A stretch of DNA of 64,000 nt from a virus (Duplodnaviria; Caudoviricetes), in IMG/VR virus record IMGVR_UViG_3300031760_000009, positions 1 to 64,000 of that record, one strand, 5' to 3'. The translations under genes and the position numbers were made by a program. Of this stretch, positions 49,165-59,042 are shown in pieces. A model generated the notes under the pieces. The model was not told where the DNA came from. It made no database searches and was given only the letters and a program-made list of their open reading frames with translations. The first letter of the stretch is position 1. Every line of letters begins with the position of its first letter.

Positions 49165-50595
49165 TTATGATAGAGGTTCTTCGATAAGCTTGATTACACC
49201 GTAGCAGTCAGGAGCGATACATTCCATAGCGGCTCTTGACATCATAGCCTGTGTCTGTCTGAATGTGTTAGGATTCAAAACAACAGGAGTCATATATGCA
49301 AGTTCGTATGGAGAGAATACGAAACCGCTATCCATCCAACTTGTACCATTGTAACCTACGAGAACGTCTTTTGCATGAACGTCAACATAGACTTTGCATA
49401 CATTCTTGAATGTACCTGCTAAGTATCTGCCAGTAGTGATATTACCACTTTCCATAGTCATTTCTGTATCAAAAGCGTGTAATTTTCTGAATAATGCTCC
49501 AAGTTTTACAGGAATTACTATGAAGTTAGGTCTTACATAGCGTTTTTTGTAAATTTCAGTTGCAACATCTTCAAATACTTCATAGAAAGTATTGAGATAA
49601 GCTTCACGGTCAGCCCAAGAAGCTGTGTAGTCAGACAACTGATTTCCACGATAATCCATATCGAAAGTCTTTACGATTGGAGTTCTGCTTACAGTAACGG
49701 GTGAACCAGCCTGTGCAGATGCAAGTCTTGATTTGAGAGCGTCTGAATTAGAAAGTGCGGCTTTATACATTCCTGCTATAATGTTGGTGTCCCATTCTCT
49801 AGCGATTTCCTTAGAGAGTTCTCCACCCATTATGCTCATGGCGTTCATTCCATGATAAGCCATTAAATCCTGTTGAACTTCCATAGTGACGTTTACTTTG
49901 AGTTTCTTTTCTTTTGTGAAAACGTCTACATTGGAGAGTTCCATTCTCAATTCACGAATATCTGGGTCTTCTTTGCCAGTTGAAGCATCGTAACCTACAT
50001 ATTCGTAGCTGTCTGCATAGTTTCCAGCACCAACAATACCTTCATTTGTTTTCTGACCAGCGGCGATGTTTTCTACATCATTTCCTTCGTAATCACCAGC
50101 ATTGGTGTAAGCATTAGAACGAAGAATATCCATATAGAATATCTTGTATGATGGCTGTGGAATTGGTTGTACAGAAACGATTTCACGAGCAATCATGTTG
50201 GGGAACATCTGAGTAATCATAGCAACAGTGTTCTTGATTATGAAAGCTCTGCCTTTACCGTATGGGTCTGCACCAGTACCACCAATACCTACTGGATTGG
50301 TAACACCACCGATTGTACCAGAACCACCAACAGCAGTCTGACCACTGGCGGCAGTTGTAGCTTCGGTTACTTGATTAAGGTCGAATGTTGCGTAGTCAAC
50401 TCCGTATCTGCGGCAACCTTCTTTTACAGTGTTGTCGATTAATACTGCGAGTTTGTTCTGTTCAAGTTCGGTTTCATGAGCATCGCCACTTGGATGTTTG
50501 ATGCCGTCAATGAGATGTCCGTACTTTTCCATTAAACGTGGATTTCTTTCTAGGAAAGAGGGATTCTTAATGTCGTAAATATCAGCGTATGACAT
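49165..50595 (-). CDS. major capsid protein, T4 gp23-like
   Basis: MIAREIVSVQPIPQP..IFYM; QQDL.AYHGM.A...ELS.EI.RE.D; GFVFSPY; strong codon bias. Confidence 0.88.
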   Translation of the reverse strand: MSYADIYDIKNPSFLERNPRLMEKYGHLIDGIKHPSGDAHETELEQNKLAVLIDNTVKEGCRRYGVDYATFDLNQVTEATTAASGQTAVGGSGTIGGVTNPVGIGGTGADPYGKGRAFIIKNTVAMITQMFPNMIAREIVSVQPIPQPSYKIFYMDILRSNAYTNAGDYEGNDVENIAAGQKTNEGIVGAGNYADSYEYVGYDASTGKEDPDIRELRMELSNVDVFTKEKKLKVNVTMEVQQDLMAYHGMNAMSIMGGELSKEIAREWDTNIIAGMYKAALSNSDALKSRLASAQAGSPVTVSRTPIVKTFDMDYRGNQLSDYTASWADREAYLNTFYEVFEDVATEIYKKRYVRPNFIVIPVKLGALFRKLHAFDTEMTMESGNITTGRYLAGTFKNVCKVYVDVHAKDVLVGYNGTSWMDSGFVFSPYELAYMTPVVLNPNTFRQTQAMMSRAAMECIAPDCYGVIKLIEEPLS

Positions 50596-50618
50596 ATTTG
50601 TAGTTTCCTTTCGTAAAA

Positions 50619-51899
50619 TTATTTAACTTTGGCACCAAAATTGGCTAAATAATAATCTTTAGTCATTGGGGCGAGTCCTGAAATATGACGCATTTCGTTT
50701 CTACCATTAAAATCGGCATACTGTGCTGGATTCAAACCATCATGTAGATTTTCTTCCTTCTTTTCTGCTGATTCGTCAGTCTGCAAAGTCTTACCAGTTG
50801 CAGGAACAGTAGATTTTTCTTTCATTTCTTTAACAATTTTGGAATTGTTTTCGTAAACGGTTTTGACATCTTCTTTTGAAACACAGTTGTCAAAAACATT
50901 CTTGAAAGATTCAAGTGCGAAGAAATCTGGGTCAGAAACTTTCAACTGTTCGATGTAAGCTTCTTTTTCTTTTTTCGCAAACTCGATTTTACTGTCATTA
51001 ATCTGTTTTTCAAGACTTTCGACTTTCTTAGTTGCTTCTTCAAGCTTCTTGTTCAATTCGGTAATTTCGGCATCTTTAGCCTGAAGTGCTTCGGATTCCT
51101 GAATTACTGTGAACTTGTCTGGAGCCAATTCTTTAACAGATTCTACAAGTTTGTCAAATGCTTGTGATTTAGCATTAACAGATTCGTTGGCTGTCTTAAC
51201 ATTGGCTTCGAGGTCTGTTATTTTGGTTTCAAACTCTTTTTTAACATCGGCACAGGCTGATTCTGCAATCTGTTTGCAAAATTCAGGATATTCCGATTTA
51301 AGTTCTTCTATGTTTTTAGCCATCGAAGATGTTCTCCTTTGTAAAGATTCCATGTGCAGTTTCATATACATCTCGGTGTCGAGAACCGCAGGGTCATCGA
51401 CAAAATCAACAGACTGTAATTCCCAGTTGGTTATTTTTTCTACTGTCTGTTTGTTACCATTAGAATCAACCCATTCGTAATCTTCTGATTCACCTGTTCC
51501 ACGAGTGGAAACACCAATCTTGGAACCAGCATCCAGAATAGCCTTTAAATTACGTCCACTGTCTGTGTCTAATATCTGTGCAGTATAATAGGCATAGCCA
51601 TCGTCCTGAACATCTGTTATGGATAACAATAATCCAGCAGAGCGTTCAAGGCTTGGACCTTCAAAGAATCCCGGATGGTCGCAAAGCATACGAATACGCT
51701 TTTCTTCAACCATAGGTCGAAGTTTTGCGATTGCGGCATTTGCAACTTCTTTTGGATAAATTCTATGATTACGATTAGGTATATCGACTCTTGTAAAAGG
51801 TCCAGAAATTATATACTTACTAGGTGCTTTCGCATCAGTCTTATTTGCTTCTTCGACCTTTTTTATATCAAGCCAATATATTTCATGCAGTTCTTTCAT
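50619..51899 (-). CDS. prohead protease (T4 gp21-like) fused to coiled-coil scaffold
   Basis: NRNHRIYP, DHP, T.SG..L, IGVSTRGTG, DFVDDPA; C-terminal coiled coil. Confidence 0.88.
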   Translation of the reverse strand: MKELHEIYWLDIKKVEEANKTDAKAPSKYIISGPFTRVDIPNRNHRIYPKEVANAAIAKLRPMVEEKRIRMLCDHPGFFEGPSLERSAGLLLSITDVQDDGYAYYTAQILDTDSGRNLKAILDAGSKIGVSTRGTGESEDYEWVDSNGNKQTVEKITNWELQSVDFVDDPAVLDTEMYMKLHMESLQRRTSSMAKNIEELKSEYPEFCKQIAESACADVKKEFETKITDLEANVKTANESVNAKSQAFDKLVESVKELAPDKFTVIQESEALQAKDAEITELNKKLEEATKKVESLEKQINDSKIEFAKKEKEAYIEQLKVSDPDFFALESFKNVFDNCVSKEDVKTVYENNSKIVKEMKEKSTVPATGKTLQTDESAEKKEENLHDGLNPAQYADFNGRNEMRHISGLAPMTKDYYLANFGAKVK

Positions 51900-51938
51900 A
51901 ATGATTAATCTCCATTAATTATACTAATAAATTATAAT

Positions 51939-52094
51939 CTATTTGTCAAATTTTTTAATTCTGACAAACGTGTAATATAAAGGATTTGGTATATTTGCAA
52001 TTACAGAAGCTTTATAAATACGCATAAATTCATCAATATATTTATCGTTAAAGCCCTGTTCTTTCAATCGTTGTTTAATAAGGCTATCTCTCAT
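51939..52094 (-). CDS. possible 51-aa hypothetical protein (not in ORF track)
   Basis: MRDSLIKQRLKEQGFNDKYIDEFMRIYK...; GGAG RBS; overlaps the upstream stop. Confidence 0.4.
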   Translation of the reverse strand: MRDSLIKQRLKEQGFNDKYIDEFMRIYKASVIANIPNPLYYTFVRIKKFDK

Positions 52095-53202
52095 CTATAT
52101 TGCTCCTGTCAACAAATACGTGCATTGTGTCTTGATTTAATGTTATACGTTCACCAGTAAGTGTCATACATACAACATTACCAGCATTGTGATAATCGAC
52201 TTTTGCATAAATCTGTTCATTTTTATGAAAGACTGATACAATATCACCGTGATTTAATCCAGAATAATCAGTTATATATTCAAAGTTTTCCGACTTCATA
52301 AATGTATTAAATTCGGATAAATATGTAGAAACAGGCAGTTTTATATTAATTGCAAGGTCATTGAAATTTATATAACCTTTCATAATATCTTTAACATTAT
52401 TTGCAAACCTGTTATATTTCGGGTCTTTTGTCCGTGCATACTCACCCTTATAGTAATAATACTGTTCAAGCCAAGTATTTATACTGTCATATTCATAATC
52501 CTGTGGTACATTCTTCCTACCATTAACAGAATTGAAATTATTAAGTACAAAATCAAGATATTCACTGTTGTTATCATATCTTAATCTGCATTTACAATTA
52601 CATAAACATTCTGTATATCCAGACTTGGGTATCGTAGGCAACGCCTTTTTCGTATATGGACTGTTGTGTGCCAATGACAGACAGCTATGACAATGCTTGT
52701 CAGTACTCCCTAATATCCAGTATATATGTGAATCTTCTGCAAGATATGCTATGTTTCCGAATGTAAAAAGACTGACAAGACTGTCTGAATACATCTTCAA
52801 ACGTCTGTTATATGGCATTTTACCACCACCAGACAATACATCATCGGCAAACTTTTCCATAAACCTACATTCAGAAGATACAAGACTCGAAAGCATACGG
52901 TTTTCATATTCTGTAAGATTCTTTTCTGTCTGCTGTGAATAAAGTTTACCTAAAAGGTAAGCATTTTTGAATGACGTGCTGATTGCTTCTTTCTGCATTG
53001 AAAGATATTCAGAACGGTTCAGCTTACCTTTTATGAAACTATTAAGATTACGACTTAAATCAAGAGAGTAATTCTGTCTAACTCTGTTAAATGTAGACAG
53101 ACAGGAAATCTTCGATGTAGAGGAACTGTTGACTGTCGTACCGACAGACAAGTTCCTTTTCATCGCAGATTTAGAAAATTTCTGTTCTTCAATTTCCATC
53201 AT
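52084..53202 (-). CDS. head morphogenesis protein (MuF/SPP1 gp7-like)
   Basis: W......HCHSC..LA...PY....P..P.....CLCNCKCRL; follows the portal. Confidence 0.7.
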   Translation of the reverse strand: MMEIEEQKFSKSAMKRNLSVGTTVNSSSTSKISCLSTFNRVRQNYSLDLSRNLNSFIKGKLNRSEYLSMQKEAISTSFKNAYLLGKLYSQQTEKNLTEYENRMLSSLVSSECRFMEKFADDVLSGGGKMPYNRRLKMYSDSLVSLFTFGNIAYLAEDSHIYWILGSTDKHCHSCLSLAHNSPYTKKALPTIPKSGYTECLCNCKCRLRYDNNSEYLDFVLNNFNSVNGRKNVPQDYEYDSINTWLEQYYYYKGEYARTKDPKYNRFANNVKDIMKGYINFNDLAINIKLPVSTYLSEFNTFMKSENFEYITDYSGLNHGDIVSVFHKNEQIYAKVDYHNAGNVVCMTLTGERITLNQDTMHVFVDRSNIDER

Positions 53203-54925
53203 AGCTTTGTAATATGTCTATAAGTGCTGTAACACTAGCCATCAGATTAGGATTCTTCTTGCACATTTCCATATGTTCCTGCCAAGACTTGAACTGTTCT
53301 GGAGTAAGCTTGTTTTCCATAATCTTCATCAGTTTTTCCTGATTCAATGATTCACGACCATGTTCACGGTTCCACTTAGCCCAACCGCTTTCATCATCAC
53401 CTTCACCAGTCTTGTTCTTATTTGTATTTGGTGCAGAATTTGGATTTTCTTTATTTTTAGCCTGAATTTCAGCTTGTGCTTCTGACTGTCTCAAACGGCG
53501 TTCATCTTCTTCATCACGCATTACTTCGACTCGTGATTTCAAATCTTCGGCTTCTGCATCAGTCATACCAAGTATCTTGGTATATACATACATATCATCA
53601 ACAACCTGCATATTCGTTTTAAGAATTTCAGCAACCTGTGCACGAAGTTTTGCGATTGTAGCCTTTCTTTCTTCATCGACTGTCAGACCTGTTGGATATG
53701 ATATTCTCAAATCGTTTTCATTAACATCAACACCTTCTATAAGAAGTATATTCTTATACAGTTTCTTAATCTGTGGTGCAATTATTGTCTGGATTCTTCG
53801 TATTCTTCTAAGGAAACCTGCAACCTGATTATCTGAAGTTGATTTGGAGTTCAAGTCGTTTTCCTTACCAATTAGAAGTTTCGGAGTTCCTGTAGAATAT
53901 ATCAGCTTATCCTGACAATACTTGATGTCATCAATATCTTTCAATGAATTACCTGTATTTGTCAATGGAATTACATTACCACCAGAACCCTGACGTGTTG
54001 GAACCATTATATCTTCTATAATAGACAATGGGTTATAATCCCAGTTGAATTTACCTGTTCTTGGGTCGTAATATTTCCTACGCATTATACGTTTCTTGTA
54101 CATATCCAAGAAATCCAATGCTTCTTTACCCTGTAATTCACCAACGTCAACTATCATTGCATAGTTCTGATTCGCTCTTGAAAGACGGGTAATCATCATA
54201 CCTTCTTCCATAAGCTTGACCTGTTTATACAGAGTTCTTGAATTTTCAAGCATCGACTGACCTTTACCGTATTTGGTAAATCTTTCACGGTCTGTATTAA
54301 GACAGAGATGGAAAATTTCAGTGTCCTGAAATACTGAATGTACCTGACCATCGATTTCCTGTACAAGAACATCTCCGACTGTTGCTGGAAATCCATTAAC
54401 AAGTATTGGAATACAGGTCTTTATAGGTATATTTCTGAATCCAAGAAACTTGTTTCCTGTTACATTAGTAACAAGTTCCTCGAAATTATCGCCATATTTG
54501 AGCATTGCACGTACCATTGGGAAAAGCTTTTCCTGTAGAGAAACACGTGTTTCAATCTCATCTATCTTAGCCTGTACATTCGGGTCATCATGCATTACCT
54601 TTACAACACGGCTTTCATCGTCATCGGTATTCGGATATATGATATAATCTGCATTAACATCAAGAGCCGCCTTTATTTCAGGAACTTCCAAATCCATCTG
54701 ATTAAACTCTTCATATCGTACACCGTCTTTACCATCGACATAAAGTTCTTTCTTTATCTTGTTACCCCAATAGTCATTCATCTGTATATATGCGTAATCA
54801 TCGGGATTACTAACAGAACGACCACTATCGGGCTTTTCGTCACGGTCGTTTTTACTGACGGGTTGTTTTTTATCTTCGATACGGCTATATCCAAAATAGC
54901 CAAAAAGATTATCAATTAATCCCAT
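53189..54925 (-). CDS. portal protein, T4 gp20-like
   Basis: PEI..ALD; LMEE.MMI.RLSRA..VDVGEL....A; EDI.VP.R.G; DIDDIKY.QDKL. Confidence 0.88.
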   Translation of the reverse strand: MGLIDNLFGYFGYSRIEDKKQPVSKNDRDEKPDSGRSVSNPDDYAYIQMNDYWGNKIKKELYVDGKDGVRYEEFNQMDLEVPEIKAALDVNADYIIYPNTDDDESRVVKVMHDDPNVQAKIDEIETRVSLQEKLFPMVRAMLKYGDNFEELVTNVTGNKFLGFRNIPIKTCIPILVNGFPATVGDVLVQEIDGQVHSVFQDTEIFHLCLNTDRERFTKYGKGQSMLENSRTLYKQVKLMEEGMMITRLSRANQNYAMIVDVGELQGKEALDFLDMYKKRIMRRKYYDPRTGKFNWDYNPLSIIEDIMVPTRQGSGGNVIPLTNTGNSLKDIDDIKYCQDKLIYSTGTPKLLIGKENDLNSKSTSDNQVAGFLRRIRRIQTIIAPQIKKLYKNILLIEGVDVNENDLRISYPTGLTVDEERKATIAKLRAQVAEILKTNMQVVDDMYVYTKILGMTDAEAEDLKSRVEVMRDEEDERRLRQSEAQAEIQAKNKENPNSAPNTNKNKTGEGDDESGWAKWNREHGRESLNQEKLMKIMENKLTPEQFKSWQEHMEMCKKNPNLMASVTALIDILQSYDGN

Positions 54926-54964
54926 AAAAATTTACTCCTTTTATTACACATACTAACAGATAAT

Positions 54965-56932
54965 TCAATGGGTGTAAAGATATTGAAGCAATCTATCCTT
55001 TGCCTCATCACCTGTATTGAAAAGATTATTCTGATTCCTGTACGCTTCTGCATCATCTGTTTCAACAAACGACATCAGCAGGTCTTCATTACCATAACAG
55101 GGGTCAACGTGCATATTGTATATCAGCGAACCGAGAGCATCGGCAACGTCCTTGCTACCCATTACAGGGTGGTCAATCTTGTTCCTTACATAGTCACGTT
55201 CAAGTTCGTTAAGCTCAATTTCGACCTTTTCATGATATACACAACGGATTCTACCTTCATACAACGCACCTCTGAATGTTTCATACGGTTCTGTCGTCTT
55301 ATCCATTGATATATACGACATCTTGATACCCATGCGTTTCAACTGCTGTTCCATATCCTTAGACTGGAATCCGTCTGCCGAACCACGTCTTATAGAATAT
55401 CCACGCTTTCTCAACTGCTGAATCATATATCTCGCACGAGAAAGTTCAACTTCACCAAATTCCTTTTCTGGTCTTATTTCAAGTAACATTTCAACAACAC
55501 ACAGGGGCATCTTTTCATCTACATATTCAATCTGATTTGTTTCTGGATTGAATATCTCACGTTTTATATACTTGTATCCTTCTATATAACCACATGCAAA
55601 TCCCATACTGTCATGAGATATACCGATATCCATCGCTATATATCTTGGTTTTTCAGGGCACTTCGGTTTTGACATTATATATTCAGCGGCAACCCATTCT
55701 GGTTTAGGACTCAATGTTGCCTTATCAACCGAGAATACTCTTGGTAATGAACTGTCAAACATTTCGACAATCTTATCCTTGTTTCCGATGAATGGTTGTA
55801 CTGCATGTATGCCAAGACCTGCAATATCACGCATTGCGTTTTCAATGTCGCTGTCAAACTTGTCGTAAAAATCCATAGGAACATTTATTACATTTCCTTC
55901 AGGCACATCACCATCGTGTAATATTCTCGAACGTCTGTTCAAATCACCGACTTCAACTTGGAACTCTTCTTTTGAATATGCCTGTCTGTTGACTTTCCAC
56001 TGATTATAATCCATTATATAGACTTTCTGTACTCCAGTCTTACGTTCAGTTTCCAGACATTCTGCAATATGTTCTGATGTAAAATCATTTGGATATACAC
56101 GAGAAGAACCAAGATACAGGATTCCTGGCTTCTTATTGTATTTCATAAAACGTGAATCAAGTCTTCTTCTTAAACTTCTATATAATGTTCTTGCAGCATC
56201 GAACATGCCACCACTTTCACCCTCAGAACGTCTTGAGTTCTTGATTTTTCTGAAGAAGTTAGCTTCGTCCATTGCTCCAGAAAACAGGTTCAACCCTATG
56301 TTTGCACTATGCGAACTTGATGCAGGGAACAATTCTATCTTATTAGGAAACAAAAGAGAATCTGTAGATTTTCTTTTATTGAACATAAAGTTATCACGAA
56401 AATACGGTATATTCTCTATCATACCTTTAACAGTCTGGAATATGTTCTTCTTACCCTGTGTTTCAGTAACAGACACGATGATTATACCGATAGGAGAATC
56501 TGGAGCAAGCATATAGAATCTCTGAGGTGACTTGAAACAGCTAAGATAATACAACTGCCACAAGATACCGATTTCCATAAAGAAAGACTTACCCCAACCG
56601 ATTGAACCAGTCAGTACAACTTCCTGTATCGTTGATTCTGGAGAGTGTATCTTTATGAAATCTTCTTTCAGCTTCGGATACATAGATTCAACGACACCGA
56701 TACCTGTCTGTGGATTCACACCGCAATAATAAGGGTCTTCCAAGAACTGTTTAGGACTGACCATCTCCCATTTATAAGGGTCAGCTTCTTTTATAATTTC
56801 TCCATACAATTCCTGAATAGTTGACAAAACAAGTTCCTCATTACCTTTATATTCGGTAAGGAGCTGGTCGATGAAATCCTTATGAATCGTTTTCATAAGG
56901 GTATTTTTAATCGTTTCTAATTCCTTATTCAT
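54965..56932 (-). CDS. terminase large subunit
   Basis: Walker A GSIGWGKS, Walker B AMDEANF, nuclease IAMDIG, DGFQS, KIDHP..GSKDVADA. Confidence 0.9.
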   Translation of the reverse strand: MNKELETIKNTLMKTIHKDFIDQLLTEYKGNEELVLSTIQELYGEIIKEADPYKWEMVSPKQFLEDPYYCGVNPQTGIGVVESMYPKLKEDFIKIHSPESTIQEVVLTGSIGWGKSFFMEIGILWQLYYLSCFKSPQRFYMLAPDSPIGIIIVSVTETQGKKNIFQTVKGMIENIPYFRDNFMFNKRKSTDSLLFPNKIELFPASSSHSANIGLNLFSGAMDEANFFRKIKNSRRSEGESGGMFDAARTLYRSLRRRLDSRFMKYNKKPGILYLGSSRVYPNDFTSEHIAECLETERKTGVQKVYIMDYNQWKVNRQAYSKEEFQVEVGDLNRRSRILHDGDVPEGNVINVPMDFYDKFDSDIENAMRDIAGLGIHAVQPFIGNKDKIVEMFDSSLPRVFSVDKATLSPKPEWVAAEYIMSKPKCPEKPRYIAMDIGISHDSMGFACGYIEGYKYIKREIFNPETNQIEYVDEKMPLCVVEMLLEIRPEKEFGEVELSRARYMIQQLRKRGYSIRRGSADGFQSKDMEQQLKRMGIKMSYISMDKTTEPYETFRGALYEGRIRCVYHEKVEIELNELERDYVRNKIDHPVMGSKDVADALGSLIYNMHVDPCYGNEDLLMSFVETDDAEAYRNQNNLFNTGDEAKDRLLQYLYTH

Positions 56933-56984
56933 ACTTAAAATTTAACACAAAAATAAAATTTTGTAAAATGTTTAAATTTTTTTG

Positions 56985-57013
56985 TTGACTTGAAAAATTA
57001 ACTATGATAATAT
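56985..57013 (+). promoter_or_regulatory. sigma70-type promoter for the non-coding unit
   Basis: TTGACT-N17-TAATAT with TGn extension; same form as the promoter at 8525-8553. Confidence 0.7.
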
Positions 57014-57018
57014 GACAT

Positions 57019-57850
57019 TATGCGAATGGGAAATATGTGTCGCATTTATTTAATGTAGGTATATCCTGTTAAAGAACACATATAGAACACTTGCATACGA
57101 GGCGTAGTCTTGGACATACAGCTACTAGTGATGCTGTTACGGCACTTGCAGGGCGTACGTAACATTTCGACAAGCTAGGTTCGATTCATTGGCAACAATG
57201 ACTTAGACTGTTAAGTTCCTACTGCAAGACGATACTCTTCAAAGTTATAGTGTGTATGAGGTTGCAAACTCATACACACAACACCACACAGTAATGTGTG
57301 AAGTTCAAATATCAACTTTGATAAATATAAGACTTTGATAAATAGCTAATAAAATTTTCGGGGTTTCAATCTCTGCATTGGTAATTCAATGGGTTGAACG
57401 GATGGTAAAACATCTCTGTAGTCGAAATAAAAACGACACTACCTGAATTTCAACAGAAAACTACGGTTTTACTGTATTATCATCATTAATTTATATTTCT
57501 GATGATAAGTTCCATAAACACATGACCATACCTGAAATATGGAATCATTATTGTTTATAGAATTGATTAACAATGTCTTTATGACAATAACCATATCTTA
57601 ATTGATATGTACAGAGAAATTATTGTTTTATGCCTTGTAAAACATATATTTCAAGTACGTTATTATTATGACTGATTTTCAATAAAATTATTCATATATT
57701 GTTAATCTACTTTAAAACTGTATTTTTCATTGAAATTCAAACCCCGAAAATTTTACCTATATAAATCTTATTATGTCTTGTTAACTACTTTCATATAATA
57801 AATTCCTTTTCTTTTAAAAAAGAGTTAAGCATGAGCTTAACTTTTTTTTT
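57019..57850 (+). ncRNA. putative large structured non-coding RNA (~830 nt)
   Basis: No ORF >=60 aa; >15 stems; GNRA and cUACGg loops on the + strand; long-range stems; promoter and terminator at its ends. Confidence 0.65.
57816..57850 (+). terminator. intrinsic terminator-like hairpin
   Basis: aaaaaagagttaagc-atga-gcttaac followed by T9. Confidence 0.65.
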
Positions 57851-58026
57851 AATTTTAGTTTTAATTGATTTTTAATGATTTTTAAAGATATATACGTTTT
57901 ACACGAGCGTGCACAGCTAAAGCTGTAGCGAGTGTAAAACTTCCCCTTGAGGGGTTAGGGGTGGTATTTTTGGTTACTTTTTTAAAAAGTAACATCAAAG
58001 ATTCTTCAGGCTCGAATTATGTACAA
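57816..58026 (+). other. origin-like element (copy 2, inverted relative to 8587-8960)
   Basis: Same motif order: ttaagc..gcttaa palindrome, T-rich tract, aaagatatat, hairpin, ttacttttt/aaaaagtaa hairpin, 22-mer. Confidence 0.5.
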
Positions 58027-58126
58027 ATCGTACATACATATCAAAATTCTACAACATAGAATCAAAGTTTATTAAAATACGCACATTGTGAAAAATTTCA
58101 CATGTTTTAAAAACAAAAACAAAAAA

Positions 58127-58162
58127 AAATAAAAGGCTATAAAATATATAGCCTTTTATTTT
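58127..58162. terminator. bidirectional terminator
   Basis: aaataaaaggctata...tatagccttttattt. Confidence 0.7.
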
Positions 58163-58168
58163 GATATC

Positions 58169-58570
58169 TTATAGAAATTTACCTGTTTTCAGAATAGTAT
58201 CTTTTATTTCATTATCTTCTTTTTCTTTTTTCATCATAGCTTTTATCTTTTCAGATTCATTATATGCTTCTTTTGTTATAAATTCTTTTTCTTCATCTGT
58301 AAGCATAAGATATGCGTATGCTGTTCTAAATAGATTTGCCTGTCGTTTACGGCATTTTCCACATTCGTCATTACATGTATCACATTTTTTCATATCTTCT
58401 AAGATTCCTGTCTGTGAAAGACCTGCGGCAATACCACTCATAACACCTTTGTAGAATATTTCGGCGTTCAGTGGATTAGAAAACAATTCACTGTCAGCAG
58501 TTCTTATTGCGTTTATTGTGCAGTTACCGATTATATGCAGAACGTCCAAATGTGTCAGTTTATTCATCAA
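58169..58570 (-). CDS. hypothetical protein
   Basis: 133 aa, CDTC...CGKC; AGGAAG RBS. Confidence 0.6.
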   Translation of the reverse strand: MMNKLTHLDVLHIIGNCTINAIRTADSELFSNPLNAEIFYKGVMSGIAAGLSQTGILEDMKKCDTCNDECGKCRKRQANLFRTAYAYLMLTDEEKEFITKEAYNESEKIKAMMKKEKEDNEIKDTILKTGKFL

Positions 58571-59009
58571 ATTTTACTTCCTTTCTTAATTTTTTAAGTT
58601 CTTTCATAGATTCCCTGTAGCGTATGTACTTTTCAGCACGTTTTCTGTCTACATATACATGAATACCTATTTTTAGTTTATCTCCAAACATACCAAGATT
58701 TATCTGATGTGATATATATGTATCATCGCATCCGCTACGAGCAACAAGTTCCTGTCTGCTAATGTAACCATCTACATTTGGTGCTTCTGCTTGACATCGC
58801 TGTTTTCTTGTTATTTCCTGAACTTCTTCAATTGGTATAAACCAGCAATGTTTGATGAAAACCGCATTTGGATATACACCCTGTTTAATACGATTTTTGA
58901 CTGTAACCATATTGACACCATACTTTTCAGCAATTTCACGCAATGTCATATATTTGGTTCGGTCTATTTCATAATTCCTGGACCATTTTTGTTTTGTTTG
59001 TTGTTCCAT
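58560..59009 (-). CDS. tandem HTH DNA-binding protein (start MEQQT)
   Basis: YMTLREIAEKYGVN..TV..RI..G...A...W.IP and a second YIS..EL...SG unit. Confidence 0.7.
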   Translation of the reverse strand: MEQQTKQKWSRNYEIDRTKYMTLREIAEKYGVNMVTVKNRIKQGVYPNAVFIKHCWFIPIEEVQEITRKQRCQAEAPNVDGYISRQELVARSGCDDTYISHQINLGMFGDKLKIGIHVYVDRKRAEKYIRYRESMKELKKLRKEVKFDE

Positions 59010-59042
59010 TTGAAATTCCCCTTTCCGTATTTTCATAATTAT

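Noticed and set aside
57170-57200. tRNA-like GGTTCGATTC
   Set aside because: No acceptor, D or anticodon arms can be built; the sequence runs into a GCAA hairpin of the larger structure
57350-57755. MITE with 17-21-bp terminal inverted repeats
   Set aside because: No target-site duplication; pairing continues imperfectly outward (ataaga/tcttat) and the interior is multibranch, which fits an RNA domain better
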